Shown: piece by piece, positions 52,393 through 61,932 of the stretch
Layout: each line of letters starts with the position of its first letter
Numbering within the stretch: position 1 is the stretch's first letter
From: an uncultured Bdellovibrionales bacterium
GTDB taxonomy: Bacteria > Patescibacteriota > Minisyncoccia > Moranbacterales > UBA1568
NCBI GenBank assembly: GCA_964594215.1
Contig: CAZQLN010000002.1
Span: 41,855-105,854, forward strand
DNA length: 64,000 nucleotides
Direction of reading: 5' to 3'
Translations under genes and position numbers: made by a program
The notes under the pieces: generated by a model
Told to the model about the DNA's origin: nothing
The model's database searches: none
Seen by the model: the letters and a program-made list of their open reading frames with translations, nothing else

Positions 52393-52734
52393 CTATCTTT
52401 GTCTGCCCGGAATACTATACCAAACCAGAGCAATCAAAAGAATTGTACCACCAATGATTAATTCTCCTACACCTGTTTTGCCAAGCATTTCATTTATCAC
52501 TTGAGCCAGGCCAACCAGAATAAAAAGTGCTCCGGCAAAAGCGATTCCTACAAAAACTAAAACTCTCAATAATTTACCAAAATACTTCTCTGTATTACGT
52601 CTAGCCTCCCTAAGGGAGTCCATGACAAAATTTTCCACTTTTGATATCAGTGGAGCCATAAGTAAGGTAGAAAAAAGAGCGCCCAGCGCTCCAAATCCAC
52701 TCTCTTCAGTTTTTGAGGTTTTTTTGGGAGCCAT
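52393..52734 (-). CDS. Small membrane protein, YqjE/phage-holin-like
   Basis: Amphipathic N-terminus and two C-terminal TMs; adjacent to the DUF883 gene. Confidence 0.55.
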   Translation of the reverse strand: MAPKKTSKTEESGFGALGALFSTLLMAPLISKVENFVMDSLREARRNTEKYFGKLLRVLVFVGIAFAGALFILVGLAQVINEMLGKTGVGELIIGGTILLIALVWYSIPGRQR

Positions 52735-52830
52735 ATATTCGTCTCTGTATTCCAATAATAGCACAAAAAAAGCTCTTTTGCAAGAGTTACTCACTATTTA
52801 TGGTATAATATTTCTATTAAAATACAGTCT

Positions 52831-54798
52831 ATGCGGAGGGTGAGCCTGTATAGTATTTTCTTTTTGTTTTCCAGTCATATTTTATTTTTCTCTCCTCACT
52901 TTGTTCACGGAGAGACGTCTTTTCCTGTTATTCAGGAAGTACAAATTGCCGGAGAAGTCAGTGATGATGAATTTATTGAACTCTATAATCCTACTGCATC
53001 ACCCATAGACATTAGTGGGTGGCAACTCAGACGTAAAACTGAAAGTGGCAGCGTCAGCTCTATTAAGGTATTTGGTAAAGATACCCTCATTCAACCTCAT
53101 AGTTACTATCTCTGGGCTAACAGCAAAGGTGTCTTCGCTGCTATGGCTGATACGTCTACTAGCTCATCTGCTTTAGCTAATAACAACAGTATCGCTCTCT
53201 ACAACAAAAGTGGCTCCGACGCGATTTTGATTGATAGTCTCACTTGGGGTAAGGGTGCCTTCTTTCGAGAAACTGATTCTTCTCAAATCACTCCTCTTAA
53301 AAATGAAAGCCTCTCTCGAGAAACTTCTGGAACATGGATCATTACCCGACCAAGTGACCCTCAAAATAGCCACGCCAGCCCCTCTCCAAACATTCCCATA
53401 GTCACTCCTCCTGAATCAGAACCTCAGCTACCACCACCCTCGCCAGAGCCGGTTCCTATTCCGGAAACGCCTTTACCAGAGCCGTCTCTTGCTATTCTCC
53501 CCCTCAACACAACTATCTCTATTAATGAACTCCTTCCTAATCCCCTCCCCTCTGAAGAAGAATTCATAGAACTCTATAATAGTGATGAAAAATCTGTAGA
53601 TCTTTCTCTATGGACCCTTCACGATGCCTCCAAAAACGGTAAATATACTTTTCCTCAAAACAGCCTCATTCTTGGGAAGAGTTTTCTTGTAATTCCTAAG
53701 TCTCTTTTTCGCTTCGCTCTCAATAACTCCAACGAAATCCTCTTTCTTCGTGATGCACAAGAACGCCTAGTATTTACTCTCAATTATTCAAAGAGTCTCC
53801 CTGGAGTTTCTCTCAATCGGTCTCTGCCGAATTTTCGTGGCGGCACCCCTACTCCTGGTAAAGAAAATATCCTCAATGATCTTCCTACAACCAAAGAACG
53901 CGTCCCAAAATCAGGCTTTCCAGATATAGCTCTGTCTTTTGATGCTCGTGGCAAAGATAGTGAAGATAGCTCGCTCAAATATGTCTGGGATTTTGGCGAT
54001 GGTCACAAGAGTTATAAAGAAAAGACTACTCACAAGTACCAAGAAACCGGTACATATATTGTGAATCTCACTACCAAAGATAGTCAGGATAGTGTTCAGG
54101 AAACCTTTACTCTCACCATCAAAAAATACACCCCTCCGAAACTCCGGCTCATCGCTTTATCACCAAATCCCGAAGGGGCTGATACTGGCAAAGAATGGGT
54201 AGCTATTCAAAACAAAAGTAAAAAAGAGGTCGATCTCGAGGGTTTCAGTCTCGCCACTGGCACAAAAAGTAAGAAGTTGATTAATCACCCTATCCGAAAA
54301 TCAATTTCTCTAGAACCAGGAGATACTTTGCGTCTTACTCGAGAGCACGCCCTCTTCAGTCTTCCCAATACCAAGGGCTATATAGAGCTTCGTGCTCCCA
54401 ATGGTGATGTCGTAGATAAATTTCACTATCGCGAAGAGAAGTCTCTGGCTGAAAATACGCTCTACCAAAAAGAAAAGGGTGGTCACTGGGCACTTCTTGA
54501 AGAGCCTTCTGTTCTAGGGGTAACTGCTACTTCAGAAGATGCTTCGTCTATTGATACAGAAAGTATGCTCGAGGCAACTCCTCCAGAAGAGCCTAGTCGT
54601 ACCGAGGAAGAAAAGACAAATCTCCGCTCGAGACTGACTCTACTCTTTGCTTCAGAAGATTTCACCAACTACCGAATCGCTTCTGATCAGCCTTTCGCTG
54701 ATAAAAACCCCCACTCTACCGTGACAAAGAAAAAAGACTCTTTCGAGTCCTTACGAGAGAAGCTGAATGCCTCTCTCATTTCCTTATTGTGGCTATAA
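52831..54798 (+). CDS. Secreted lamin-tail-domain (x3) and PKD domain protein
   Basis: EFIELYN..DISGWQL repeated three times, Pro-rich linker, WDFGDG PKD motif. Confidence 0.85.
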   Translation: MRRVSLYSIFFLFSSHILFFSPHFVHGETSFPVIQEVQIAGEVSDDEFIELYNPTASPIDISGWQLRRKTESGSVSSIKVFGKDTLIQPHSYYLWANSKGVFAAMADTSTSSSALANNNSIALYNKSGSDAILIDSLTWGKGAFFRETDSSQITPLKNESLSRETSGTWIITRPSDPQNSHASPSPNIPIVTPPESEPQLPPPSPEPVPIPETPLPEPSLAILPLNTTISINELLPNPLPSEEEFIELYNSDEKSVDLSLWTLHDASKNGKYTFPQNSLILGKSFLVIPKSLFRFALNNSNEILFLRDAQERLVFTLNYSKSLPGVSLNRSLPNFRGGTPTPGKENILNDLPTTKERVPKSGFPDIALSFDARGKDSEDSSLKYVWDFGDGHKSYKEKTTHKYQETGTYIVNLTTKDSQDSVQETFTLTIKKYTPPKLRLIALSPNPEGADTGKEWVAIQNKSKKEVDLEGFSLATGTKSKKLINHPIRKSISLEPGDTLRLTREHALFSLPNTKGYIELRAPNGDVVDKFHYREEKSLAENTLYQKEKGGHWALLEEPSVLGVTATSEDASSIDTESMLEATPPEEPSRTEEEKTNLRSRLTLLFASEDFTNYRIASDQPFADKNPHSTVTKKKDSFESLREKLNASLISLLWL

Positions 54799-54799
54799 C

Positions 54800-55486
54800 T
54801 TAAATTACTGGTTCTGGAGTAGCTGCTGGCACCTCTATAGCTGGGGTAGTTTTCGTTCTTGTCTTTGCCCGAACAGTTTCTTTGACTCCATCTTTTTCTT
54901 TCTTGATATGCTCATAGGCCATAGCCATAGCCATAGCTGAAACCGGAATACTGACCAAAAGTCCAACAAGAAGAAGCAATGCTCCGACAAAATTGATCAA
55001 TATCAGAAGGAGGGCGAATCCGAGTAGGTTCCAACGATACCCCTCAGAGAGACGAGAGGCTTCTTTGAGAGCCTCCTGCCAACCGAGTTTCTGATCGACA
55101 AAGACGTATGGCAAAAGCATGAAACGTACGAACACATAAATACCAGGAACGATCAGGAGGATAAAACCAATAACCATCATTATGTAGTAAATGACATTAC
55201 CGATCAGGGCTTGAAGATAAATATCTTTCTGCCCAAGAATTTCTTCGATTTTTCCCTCTTGTCCCGTGCGAATCAATTTGAGGAAAAGAGCAAAAGCTCC
55301 AAGTTCAAAAAATAGAGTCACCACCATAGAGAGTAATGAGATCAGTGCACTATCTCCATTAGGATCAAGGATGCTGAAAACGATCGTCACAAGAACAATA
55401 ACTCCTAAAACCTTCCATGAAAAAACTATATGGTTCTTCCAAAGCTGCCACGCTTGGCTGATGATGTTAGTCGGAGAAAAATTCAT
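54800..55486 (-). CDS. Integral membrane protein (DUF975-like)
   Basis: ISQAWQL, GFILLIVPGIY, ALKEASRLSEGYRW. Confidence 0.7.
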   Translation of the reverse strand: MNFSPTNIISQAWQLWKNHIVFSWKVLGVIVLVTIVFSILDPNGDSALISLLSMVVTLFFELGAFALFLKLIRTGQEGKIEEILGQKDIYLQALIGNVIYYIMMVIGFILLIVPGIYVFVRFMLLPYVFVDQKLGWQEALKEASRLSEGYRWNLLGFALLLILINFVGALLLLVGLLVSIPVSAMAMAMAYEHIKKEKDGVKETVRAKTRTKTTPAIEVPAATPEPVI

Positions 55487-55629
55487 ATTACTATTTATAT
55501 GTTATTTAGAGAAAGATACCTCTTTCTAACTCTAGTATAGAAAGGAAAAAACCCTTTGTAAAGCGTTGTCAATGGGAGAAGGCTCTGGTAAACTAGGATG
55601 GTATTACTCATTAAATCACTCTTCTCAAC

Positions 55630-57036
55630 ATGGATTCTCTTTCAAAAAAGAAAAGGTTTATCTTTGGCGGTATTTTTCTCCTTATTCTTAGCCTTATTGG
55701 AGTATTTTTTTACGCCAAAAACAACAAAACTGAATTCGCCGCTGGTACCTTGGGTCTCTTCCAAAAAGTCTCCAAGCTCCTTCCCATTTCACCTGATACC
55801 AAAAAAGAGATAGCTGTAGTCGATACCCTTGTTTCTGAACTGACCAAAAAAGATGGTGTTACTCGTACCTATCTGGTGATGCTGCAGAATAACTATGAGC
55901 TGCGTCCGGGTGGCGGTTTCTTGGGACAATACGCCGTAGTTAAGGTCAAAGATGGAGTTGTCCTTTCGCAAACCTTCGAGGATGCTAACCTTCTTGATCA
56001 ACGCATCAATGCCAAAATCACTCCACCAACTCCCCTGACTCGCAAAATGCAGATCAAGAAATGGAAATTTCGTGATTCTAACTTTTCCCCAGACTTTCCC
56101 ACTAACGTAGAGAAGGCTGAGTATTTCTATCGCCTCGCTGGTGGCCATGAAAAATTTGATGGTGTGGTAGCGGTTAATACCGACGTTTTCAATCATATTC
56201 TTGACCTCACCGGACCAATCACTCCATCTGGTTACTCGACTACCTTCAGTGGTGCTGATGGAGCACTTAAACTCGAAGAGGTTGTCGAAAAAAATTATCT
56301 TGGCGAAGACGTAGCTGCTGCCGTCAAACAAAATCGTAAGGCCATCATGAAAGTCCTCACTGCTGAGATTATTAACAAGCTCACCACCCTCAACAATATT
56401 CCTAAACTTGCAGAACTTGGCCTAAGTGAACTCCGTAACAAAAATGTGATGGTGCATTTCACTGATCCTAATCTTCAAGCCCAAGTAGAAAGTGTCCATT
56501 GGGATGGCAGTGTGGTCAAGGATTGGAGTGGTGACTATCTCATGTTTGTTGATGCTAATCTCGGTGCTCTCAAAACCGATTACTATGTGAAGCGTCGTAT
56601 CGACTACACCGTTGATTTTACTGGAGAGAAACCAATCGCTACCGCTATCTACACCTACAAGAACACTGCTCCTTACGGAGATTGGCGTACCAGTGATTAC
56701 CACACCTACTTAAGAGCTTATACCCCGCTAGGATCTAAATATCTTGAGCGCTTCATGATCAATGCTGTTGCCCCAGGAGAAGACCTTAATCACACCTTTT
56801 TTGGGGGTTATGTGGATGTCGAAATTGGCCAAAGTGATGTCACGACTACCCTTAAATATGAACTCCCTGATACAATCAAACCAGACAACTATACCCTCCT
56901 TATTCAAAAGCAATCTGGTATCGGTATTATCCCCACTAAAGTCAAAGTGATCACCAAAAACAAAACCTACGAACACGAGACGGATCTCGTCAAAGACCTC
57001 AATTTCTCTTTTCAAGAGATAGAAGAAAAACAGTAA
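55630..57036 (+). CDS. DUF4012 domain protein
   Basis: YLVMLQNNYELRPGGGFLG, RDSNFSPDFP, DANLGALKTD, QKQSG. Confidence 0.85.
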   Translation: MDSLSKKKRFIFGGIFLLILSLIGVFFYAKNNKTEFAAGTLGLFQKVSKLLPISPDTKKEIAVVDTLVSELTKKDGVTRTYLVMLQNNYELRPGGGFLGQYAVVKVKDGVVLSQTFEDANLLDQRINAKITPPTPLTRKMQIKKWKFRDSNFSPDFPTNVEKAEYFYRLAGGHEKFDGVVAVNTDVFNHILDLTGPITPSGYSTTFSGADGALKLEEVVEKNYLGEDVAAAVKQNRKAIMKVLTAEIINKLTTLNNIPKLAELGLSELRNKNVMVHFTDPNLQAQVESVHWDGSVVKDWSGDYLMFVDANLGALKTDYYVKRRIDYTVDFTGEKPIATAIYTYKNTAPYGDWRTSDYHTYLRAYTPLGSKYLERFMINAVAPGEDLNHTFFGGYVDVEIGQSDVTTTLKYELPDTIKPDNYTLLIQKQSGIGIIPTKVKVITKNKTYEHETDLVKDLNFSFQEIEEKQ

Positions 57037-57048
57037 CCTAGATATTCT

Positions 57049-58317
57049 ATGACATCCCCTGATGAAAAAAACCTTGAAGAAGTAGCTTCTCTCGCACCAA
57101 ACGACCATCGTCGACTTGGTAAGGAGCTTGACCTTTTTACTTTTTCCGACTTAGTTGGTACTGGCCTTCCGCTCTGGCTCCCAAAGGGTGCCACCGTCAG
57201 GCGTATTCTTGAGCGTTTTGTGACAGACACAGAGATCGCATGGGGTTACGAACATGTTTATACTCCGGACATTGCAAAGCTTGATCTCTACAAAACTTCT
57301 GGTCACTATCCTTACTACAAGGATTCTATGTATGCTCCTATTGTTATCGATGAGCATGAATTCATGTTGCGTCCAATGACGTGTCCACATCACTTCCAGC
57401 TCTACGCCGATCGACCAAGAAGTTATCGTGAACTCCCCATGCGTATAGCTGAGTTAGCCAAACTCTATCGTTATGAAGGCTCCGGTGAACTTGCTGGCTT
57501 AGTACGTGTTCGCAGTTTCTGCCTTGCCGATGCTCATATTATTTGTCAGGACAAAGATCAGGCTTCTCTAGAAGTCGTTAGGGCTTTAGATCTGATAGAG
57601 TACATCTCTGGTGTCTTTGGTCTCACCTTAGGTGAAGACTACTGGTACCGCCTCTCACTCGGAGATCGTACTGACGAGAAGAAATACTACAAAAATGATG
57701 TGGCCTGGGACGAGGGAGAAGAGATGCTCCGTCAAGTTCTTAAAAAGCGTAAGGGTAGTTTCGTCGAAGCAGAGGGTGAGGCAGCTTTTTATGGCCCAAA
57801 AATCGATGTGCAAATGAAAGATGCGCGTGGCAAAGAAAATACTGCTTTCACTGTCCAGTACGATTTCTGTATGCCAGATCGTTTCAATCTCACTTATATA
57901 GATGCCGATAATACAGAGAAGCGTCCCCTTGTCATCCATCGTTCTTCTATTGGAGCCGTTGAACGAGTCATGGCCTTTCTCATTGAAAAGTACGCTGGCG
58001 CTTTTCCACTTTGGCTCGCGCCGGTGCAAGTTATCCTGCTACCAGTTAGTGAAAAATTCTTAGAGGCTACTTCGACACTCGAAAAGGTTCTTCGTGACAA
58101 TGATATCCGTACCGAAGTAGATGCTAGTAATGAATCACTTGGTAAACGTATCCGCAATGCCAAGACAAGTAAGGTGCCGTACGTATTGGTCATTGGCGAA
58201 AAAGAAAGTAACGGCGAGCCTCTCACTCTTGAAGGGCGAGGTGATGAGAAAATCTCTTGTGCTCATATCCACGAAGCAGTAGACTTCCTCCAAAATAAAA
58301 TTCGTACGCGTGACTAG
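57049..58317 (+). CDS. thrS: Threonine--tRNA ligase lacking the N-terminal editing domain
   Basis: Begins at DHRRLGKELDLF; RPMTCPHH, YRYE, DAH, AAFYGPKID, IHR, PLWLAPVQ. Confidence 0.95.
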   Translation: MTSPDEKNLEEVASLAPNDHRRLGKELDLFTFSDLVGTGLPLWLPKGATVRRILERFVTDTEIAWGYEHVYTPDIAKLDLYKTSGHYPYYKDSMYAPIVIDEHEFMLRPMTCPHHFQLYADRPRSYRELPMRIAELAKLYRYEGSGELAGLVRVRSFCLADAHIICQDKDQASLEVVRALDLIEYISGVFGLTLGEDYWYRLSLGDRTDEKKYYKNDVAWDEGEEMLRQVLKKRKGSFVEAEGEAAFYGPKIDVQMKDARGKENTAFTVQYDFCMPDRFNLTYIDADNTEKRPLVIHRSSIGAVERVMAFLIEKYAGAFPLWLAPVQVILLPVSEKFLEATSTLEKVLRDNDIRTEVDASNESLGKRIRNAKTSKVPYVLVIGEKESNGEPLTLEGRGDEKISCAHIHEAVDFLQNKIRTRD

Positions 58318-58332
58318 TTATCACTGGTAATA

Positions 58333-58362
58333 AAAACATCCTCTTATAAGAGGATGTTTTTT
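58333..58362. terminator. Bidirectional terminator
   Basis: AAAAACATCCTCTT/AAGAGGATGTTTTT inverted repeat. Confidence 0.8.
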
Positions 58363-58364
58363 GT

Positions 58365-58685
58365 TTAGCTTCTGCCGCTTTCTTTATCCGCGAGACTTTT
58401 AGCGAGAGCATAGAGAGCCCCCCTCTCGTCTTCGTCCTGGACAACATTGGTCTTCCGGTAACCGCACGTTTCACACTGGTGAATCAATTTCTGTTCCCCA
58501 TTTTTCATTTCAATAGCTACCGGATACATCAGTCCTCCGCATCCACTAGCTCGATCTCCTGGAAACACATCTACATGCTTGCTTGCAAGGCACTTCGGAC
58601 AATGATTTGTATAGCCATTACCAATAACTTTTTCTCCGCAGGCCTCGCAAATAAAATCTTCGACTATCTTCTGAAACTGTTTCAT
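58365..58685 (-). CDS. RNHCP domain zinc-finger protein
   Basis: FICEACG, YTNHCPKCLASKHVD, PGDRASGCGG, HQCETCG. Confidence 0.9.
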   Translation of the reverse strand: MKQFQKIVEDFICEACGEKVIGNGYTNHCPKCLASKHVDVFPGDRASGCGGLMYPVAIEMKNGEQKLIHQCETCGYRKTNVVQDEDERGALYALAKSLADKESGRS

Positions 58686-58690
58686 ATTTT

Positions 58691-59983
58691 CTATTTTTCT
58701 CTCTTCTCAAAAATTTGATTAATCCCGTCTTCATCCCCACAACTATACTTGCGGCTCGCTGAGTAGAATCTATCCTTGGGTCCACTACAACCACCATTAT
58801 CTTCATGAAGGGTGGCCAACATTGGCATGAGGAAACCGATATCTTGAGAACGAAAAGAGGTGTAGAGCTTCTCGAGAATGCCTTTTCTTTCACTTTTTTC
58901 CATTCGGGTGAAGACACTCATGTCATCTCCTACCTTACCACTCCAGTCAAGATGGACAAACACATTATTCGCTTTGCTCTTAAACTCAGGATGCCAGAGG
59001 AGAGCCCAGCACCAGTCTCCTGGCTTGTGATACCATCTTGAGAAACAAGGCCCGTCCTCGACAGCACCGTCATGATGCAGCCCTACTCCCCCTTCGATAA
59101 AATCAAACTGACGTAAATAGGCTTCATCCTCTATATCATTGGTCTGAGCTCCAATCACTATTTCCATACCACGAAACTGTGCATACTCACGCATATGTGC
59201 CAGTACTTCAGCCATATGCCCATCTTTACCTCGAGAAGGATCCTGATAAAAGACTTGCCCAAAAAGAAAACTCTGAATACCCATATTCATAGCCTCCTCA
59301 GTGATGTAAAACAGGTATTCGCGATACTCTTTTTTCTCTACTGATGGCTTGCAACTATGTTCTCCCCATACGTTTTTACTCCCCTCACGACACATCTTAC
59401 GAAATTCGAAGTTCCTGTCTTCGGCTGGAAACCGATACTCTTTATTAGTACGCAAAGCTTCTGCGATAAACATACCGTAGACCGTATTGGGCTTAGTTAC
59501 CTGTGCTTGAATTTCTCGAGCCCGTTCAAAATCCGGTGGCTCAAGCCAGGTTTCCAAAGCTCGGTGAAGATAGTAACATTGGGAACGATTGATAAGGGCA
59601 ATCGAGCTATTGCGATCTCCTCCATAAGCAGACAGAAACCCATCAGCTACACAGCCCTTACTCTTCATACGTTCCATACTGGGCTTAGGTGGCGGCGGGA
59701 GAATCGGAAGCGTTTTATCATTTTTGTTATCATTCTCTTCTGGTTCATAGAAACCAGCACTTCCAACGATTTCTTCTTCTGGCCCTACTATCTCTAGCGA
59801 CAATGGCGCTTGATCATGCGTAGTAGCTACTTTACTTTCCGGAACAGGCCCCGGCTTTCCTAAAACAAACCAAGAAAGTGACCCTACAAAAACCAAGCTC
59901 GATATACTACCACTCAAAAGCAAAACCTTTTTCTTATCAAAGCGTGCTCTATCTTGATTTTGATTGAGACTGAAGTTTTCCAT
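58691..59983 (-). CDS. Hypothetical membrane-anchored extracytoplasmic protein
   Basis: 430-aa ORF with N-terminal TM, Pro-rich linker and Cys/Trp-rich globular domain. Confidence 0.75.
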   Translation of the reverse strand: MENFSLNQNQDRARFDKKKVLLLSGSISSLVFVGSLSWFVLGKPGPVPESKVATTHDQAPLSLEIVGPEEEIVGSAGFYEPEENDNKNDKTLPILPPPPKPSMERMKSKGCVADGFLSAYGGDRNSSIALINRSQCYYLHRALETWLEPPDFERAREIQAQVTKPNTVYGMFIAEALRTNKEYRFPAEDRNFEFRKMCREGSKNVWGEHSCKPSVEKKEYREYLFYITEEAMNMGIQSFLFGQVFYQDPSRGKDGHMAEVLAHMREYAQFRGMEIVIGAQTNDIEDEAYLRQFDFIEGGVGLHHDGAVEDGPCFSRWYHKPGDWCWALLWHPEFKSKANNVFVHLDWSGKVGDDMSVFTRMEKSERKGILEKLYTSFRSQDIGFLMPMLATLHEDNGGCSGPKDRFYSASRKYSCGDEDGINQIFEKREK

Positions 59984-60076
59984 ACTCGTAGTACTACTAG
60001 TATAGCATCTACAAGTTTTTATATCGGGAAGAAATTATAGAAGAACCCTACACTATTTTTTGGAACATTTAGACTA

Positions 60077-60147
60077 TTGACTTACTCTATTTTTTGTGCT
60101 ATAAATGTAAGTTCTTTACCAATTTAATCCCCCTAAAAGAAATGGAG
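60077..60147 (+). promoter_or_regulatory. Promoter, boxA-like element and SD
   Basis: TTGACT(60077)-17-TATAAA(60100) with extended TG; GTTCTTTACCAA at 60111; GGAG at 60144. Confidence 0.6.
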
Positions 60148-60154
60148 ATTCTCA

Positions 60155-61375
60155 ATGAAAAAACCCTCTCATCCAGAGGTTTTTGATCGTCTTGATCAGG
60201 CCTACCGCTATTGGGAAGAAGAGATGTGGCGGAAAAAAATTCTACGAAGTCTTTTTACGCTTAATGATGCTGGCTACCTGCCAGACATTACTGAAAAGGG
60301 CTATCCCGTGGACGGACATGAAGATACACGCACTATGCTACTTGAAGCAGCTACTCGCGAAGATCTTTCCTATCTGCTACCAGCCTTCCGAAGCCAAGGT
60401 ATAGAAACCAAACCCGCCTACAAAGAGGATGGGGGTCTGTCTCCGGAATCAAAGGCATCCGTCTATTGGAATGAGTTTCATTTTCCATATTACCTCGGTG
60501 AATGGAATGCTCAATCACGCCGCATCTATTACCTTCCTCGAGATTTGATTCTGATGCTCCAAGCTACTAGTCTCAAAGGGTACACGTTTCGGGATATACA
60601 CTATCCCTTACCCTCTTTTGCTCTTGCTCTTGAATATCCAATTACGGCTGGAAATGAAGAGCTCGACTTTTTTCTCTTTAGTGGGAAAAGGGATCCGGAA
60701 GTTTTCTACGGCTTTTCAAGAAAGTTTCGCGGATGGAGGCCTATTGATCCAACCGTCCGGCAAAAAATAAACAAAGCTGTGCGTGATGGTAACAGAGAAC
60801 GTCTACTTGGTATAGGACGTAAGATCATTAAGCAAGTTCCCTTTGGTGCTCATATTGATATGTGGACTTCGCGTCCCTGGCTGTCATCAGTAGACGGTGA
60901 TCCAGATGTTGATATTGAAAAAGATATGAAAGCTGCCATGCATGCACCAGGAGCACTTCCTTCAGAAGACTGGACAGATAAGCTTTTTCGAGTCGTTCTG
61001 GGCTTCACTTTCTATCTTCAGGCTTTTCAAGAATCCCATAAGGATCTCGTTCAGCGAGTATCCGTTGATTACCAAAGACCTCAGCCCACCTCATTTGGAA
61101 AAGCTATCGTTTCTCCTGAGGATGTCTTTCGGGTTCAAAGTCTCTTTGAGCTTTCTTCTGAAGAAAGGATTGGACTTACCAACTATTTCTCTGGAAGGGG
61201 TGGTTGGGAAATTAATACTCACTTCCGTGAAGGGCATTGGCGCAGACCTCCAGGTGAAGGTGGTAATCCCCTAGCTCAAAAGACCATATGGGTTCGTCCC
61301 ACTATGGTGCGGAGAGACAGGCTACCTGAAAACTGTCTCCCTATGGGATCATCAAAAATGATACCCTCTGCCTAA
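60155..61375 (+). CDS. Hypothetical protein with C-terminal HxRxGHWR...WVxP motif
   Basis: 406-aa ORF with own promoter, SD and terminator; THFREGHWRR...IWVRPTMV. Confidence 0.75.
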   Translation: MKKPSHPEVFDRLDQAYRYWEEEMWRKKILRSLFTLNDAGYLPDITEKGYPVDGHEDTRTMLLEAATREDLSYLLPAFRSQGIETKPAYKEDGGLSPESKASVYWNEFHFPYYLGEWNAQSRRIYYLPRDLILMLQATSLKGYTFRDIHYPLPSFALALEYPITAGNEELDFFLFSGKRDPEVFYGFSRKFRGWRPIDPTVRQKINKAVRDGNRERLLGIGRKIIKQVPFGAHIDMWTSRPWLSSVDGDPDVDIEKDMKAAMHAPGALPSEDWTDKLFRVVLGFTFYLQAFQESHKDLVQRVSVDYQRPQPTSFGKAIVSPEDVFRVQSLFELSSEERIGLTNYFSGRGGWEINTHFREGHWRRPPGEGGNPLAQKTIWVRPTMVRRDRLPENCLPMGSSKMIPSA

Positions 61376-61392
61376 ATGGACAGACAAACTTA

Positions 61393-61440
61393 AGCCGCGT
61401 TTTTATGAAACACTCCATAAAAACGCGGCTTTTATTTTAT
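61393..61440 (+). terminator. Intrinsic terminator
   Basis: AGCCGCGTTTTTATG/CATAAAAACGCGGCT 15-bp stem followed by a T-rich tail. Confidence 0.85.
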
Positions 61441-61496
61441 TGTTTTTCAGAGTATGAGGAGTATAATAAAAGTGCCAATTATCAATACATCATTTT

Positions 61497-61847
61497 ATGC
61501 ATATTGCTTCAAGGATCCTCAAGCTGTTACTAGCAGTCTGGTATATAACGGGTGGTATTTATATGATGAGTCATCATCAAGAGCTCGCTACCATGTGGGC
61601 TTTGAACTCTTTGCCAGAAGCTATTTGGTTGATCATAGGTATATTCCAAATAGTATTTTCCTTAGGTCTAGTTTTACCTGGTATATTTAAGGTAATCCCT
61701 AAACAGATAACTCTTATTTCATCAGTGGGTCTCATAGTAATCTCATTGCTTGGTCTTGTTCTCTATAGCGCATACAGTGGTTTTCCAGGAGCCCTTTGGG
61801 CTATAGTGCCCGCCATCTTAGTGGCTTATATAGGCTGTAAAAGATAG
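61497..61847 (+). CDS. DoxX-like small membrane protein
   Basis: Four TMs, LLLAVWYITGG, IGIFQIVFSLGLVLP. Confidence 0.65.
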   Translation: MHIASRILKLLLAVWYITGGIYMMSHHQELATMWALNSLPEAIWLIIGIFQIVFSLGLVLPGIFKVIPKQITLISSVGLIVISLLGLVLYSAYSGFPGALWAIVPAILVAYIGCKR

Positions 61848-61872
61848 TCTGTTTACTTGATACCCTATAAAA

Positions 61873-61905
61873 CCAAAATCACTCCTAATTAAGAGTGATT
61901 TTTAG
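61873..61905. terminator. Bidirectional terminator between convergent genes
   Basis: AAAATCACTC/GAGTGATTTT inverted repeat. Confidence 0.7.
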
Positions 61906-61932
61906 TTTTTATTCTCCCTTACGAAATTGGAG

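Noticed and set aside
51302-52734. Prophage holin-endolysin lysis cassette
   Set aside because: No phage structural, integrase or replication genes nearby; the amidase has its own membrane anchor and promoter.
53380-53490. Tandem-like repeats in the lamin-tail gene
   Set aside because: Explained by a Pro/Glu-rich protein linker, not a DNA repeat array.
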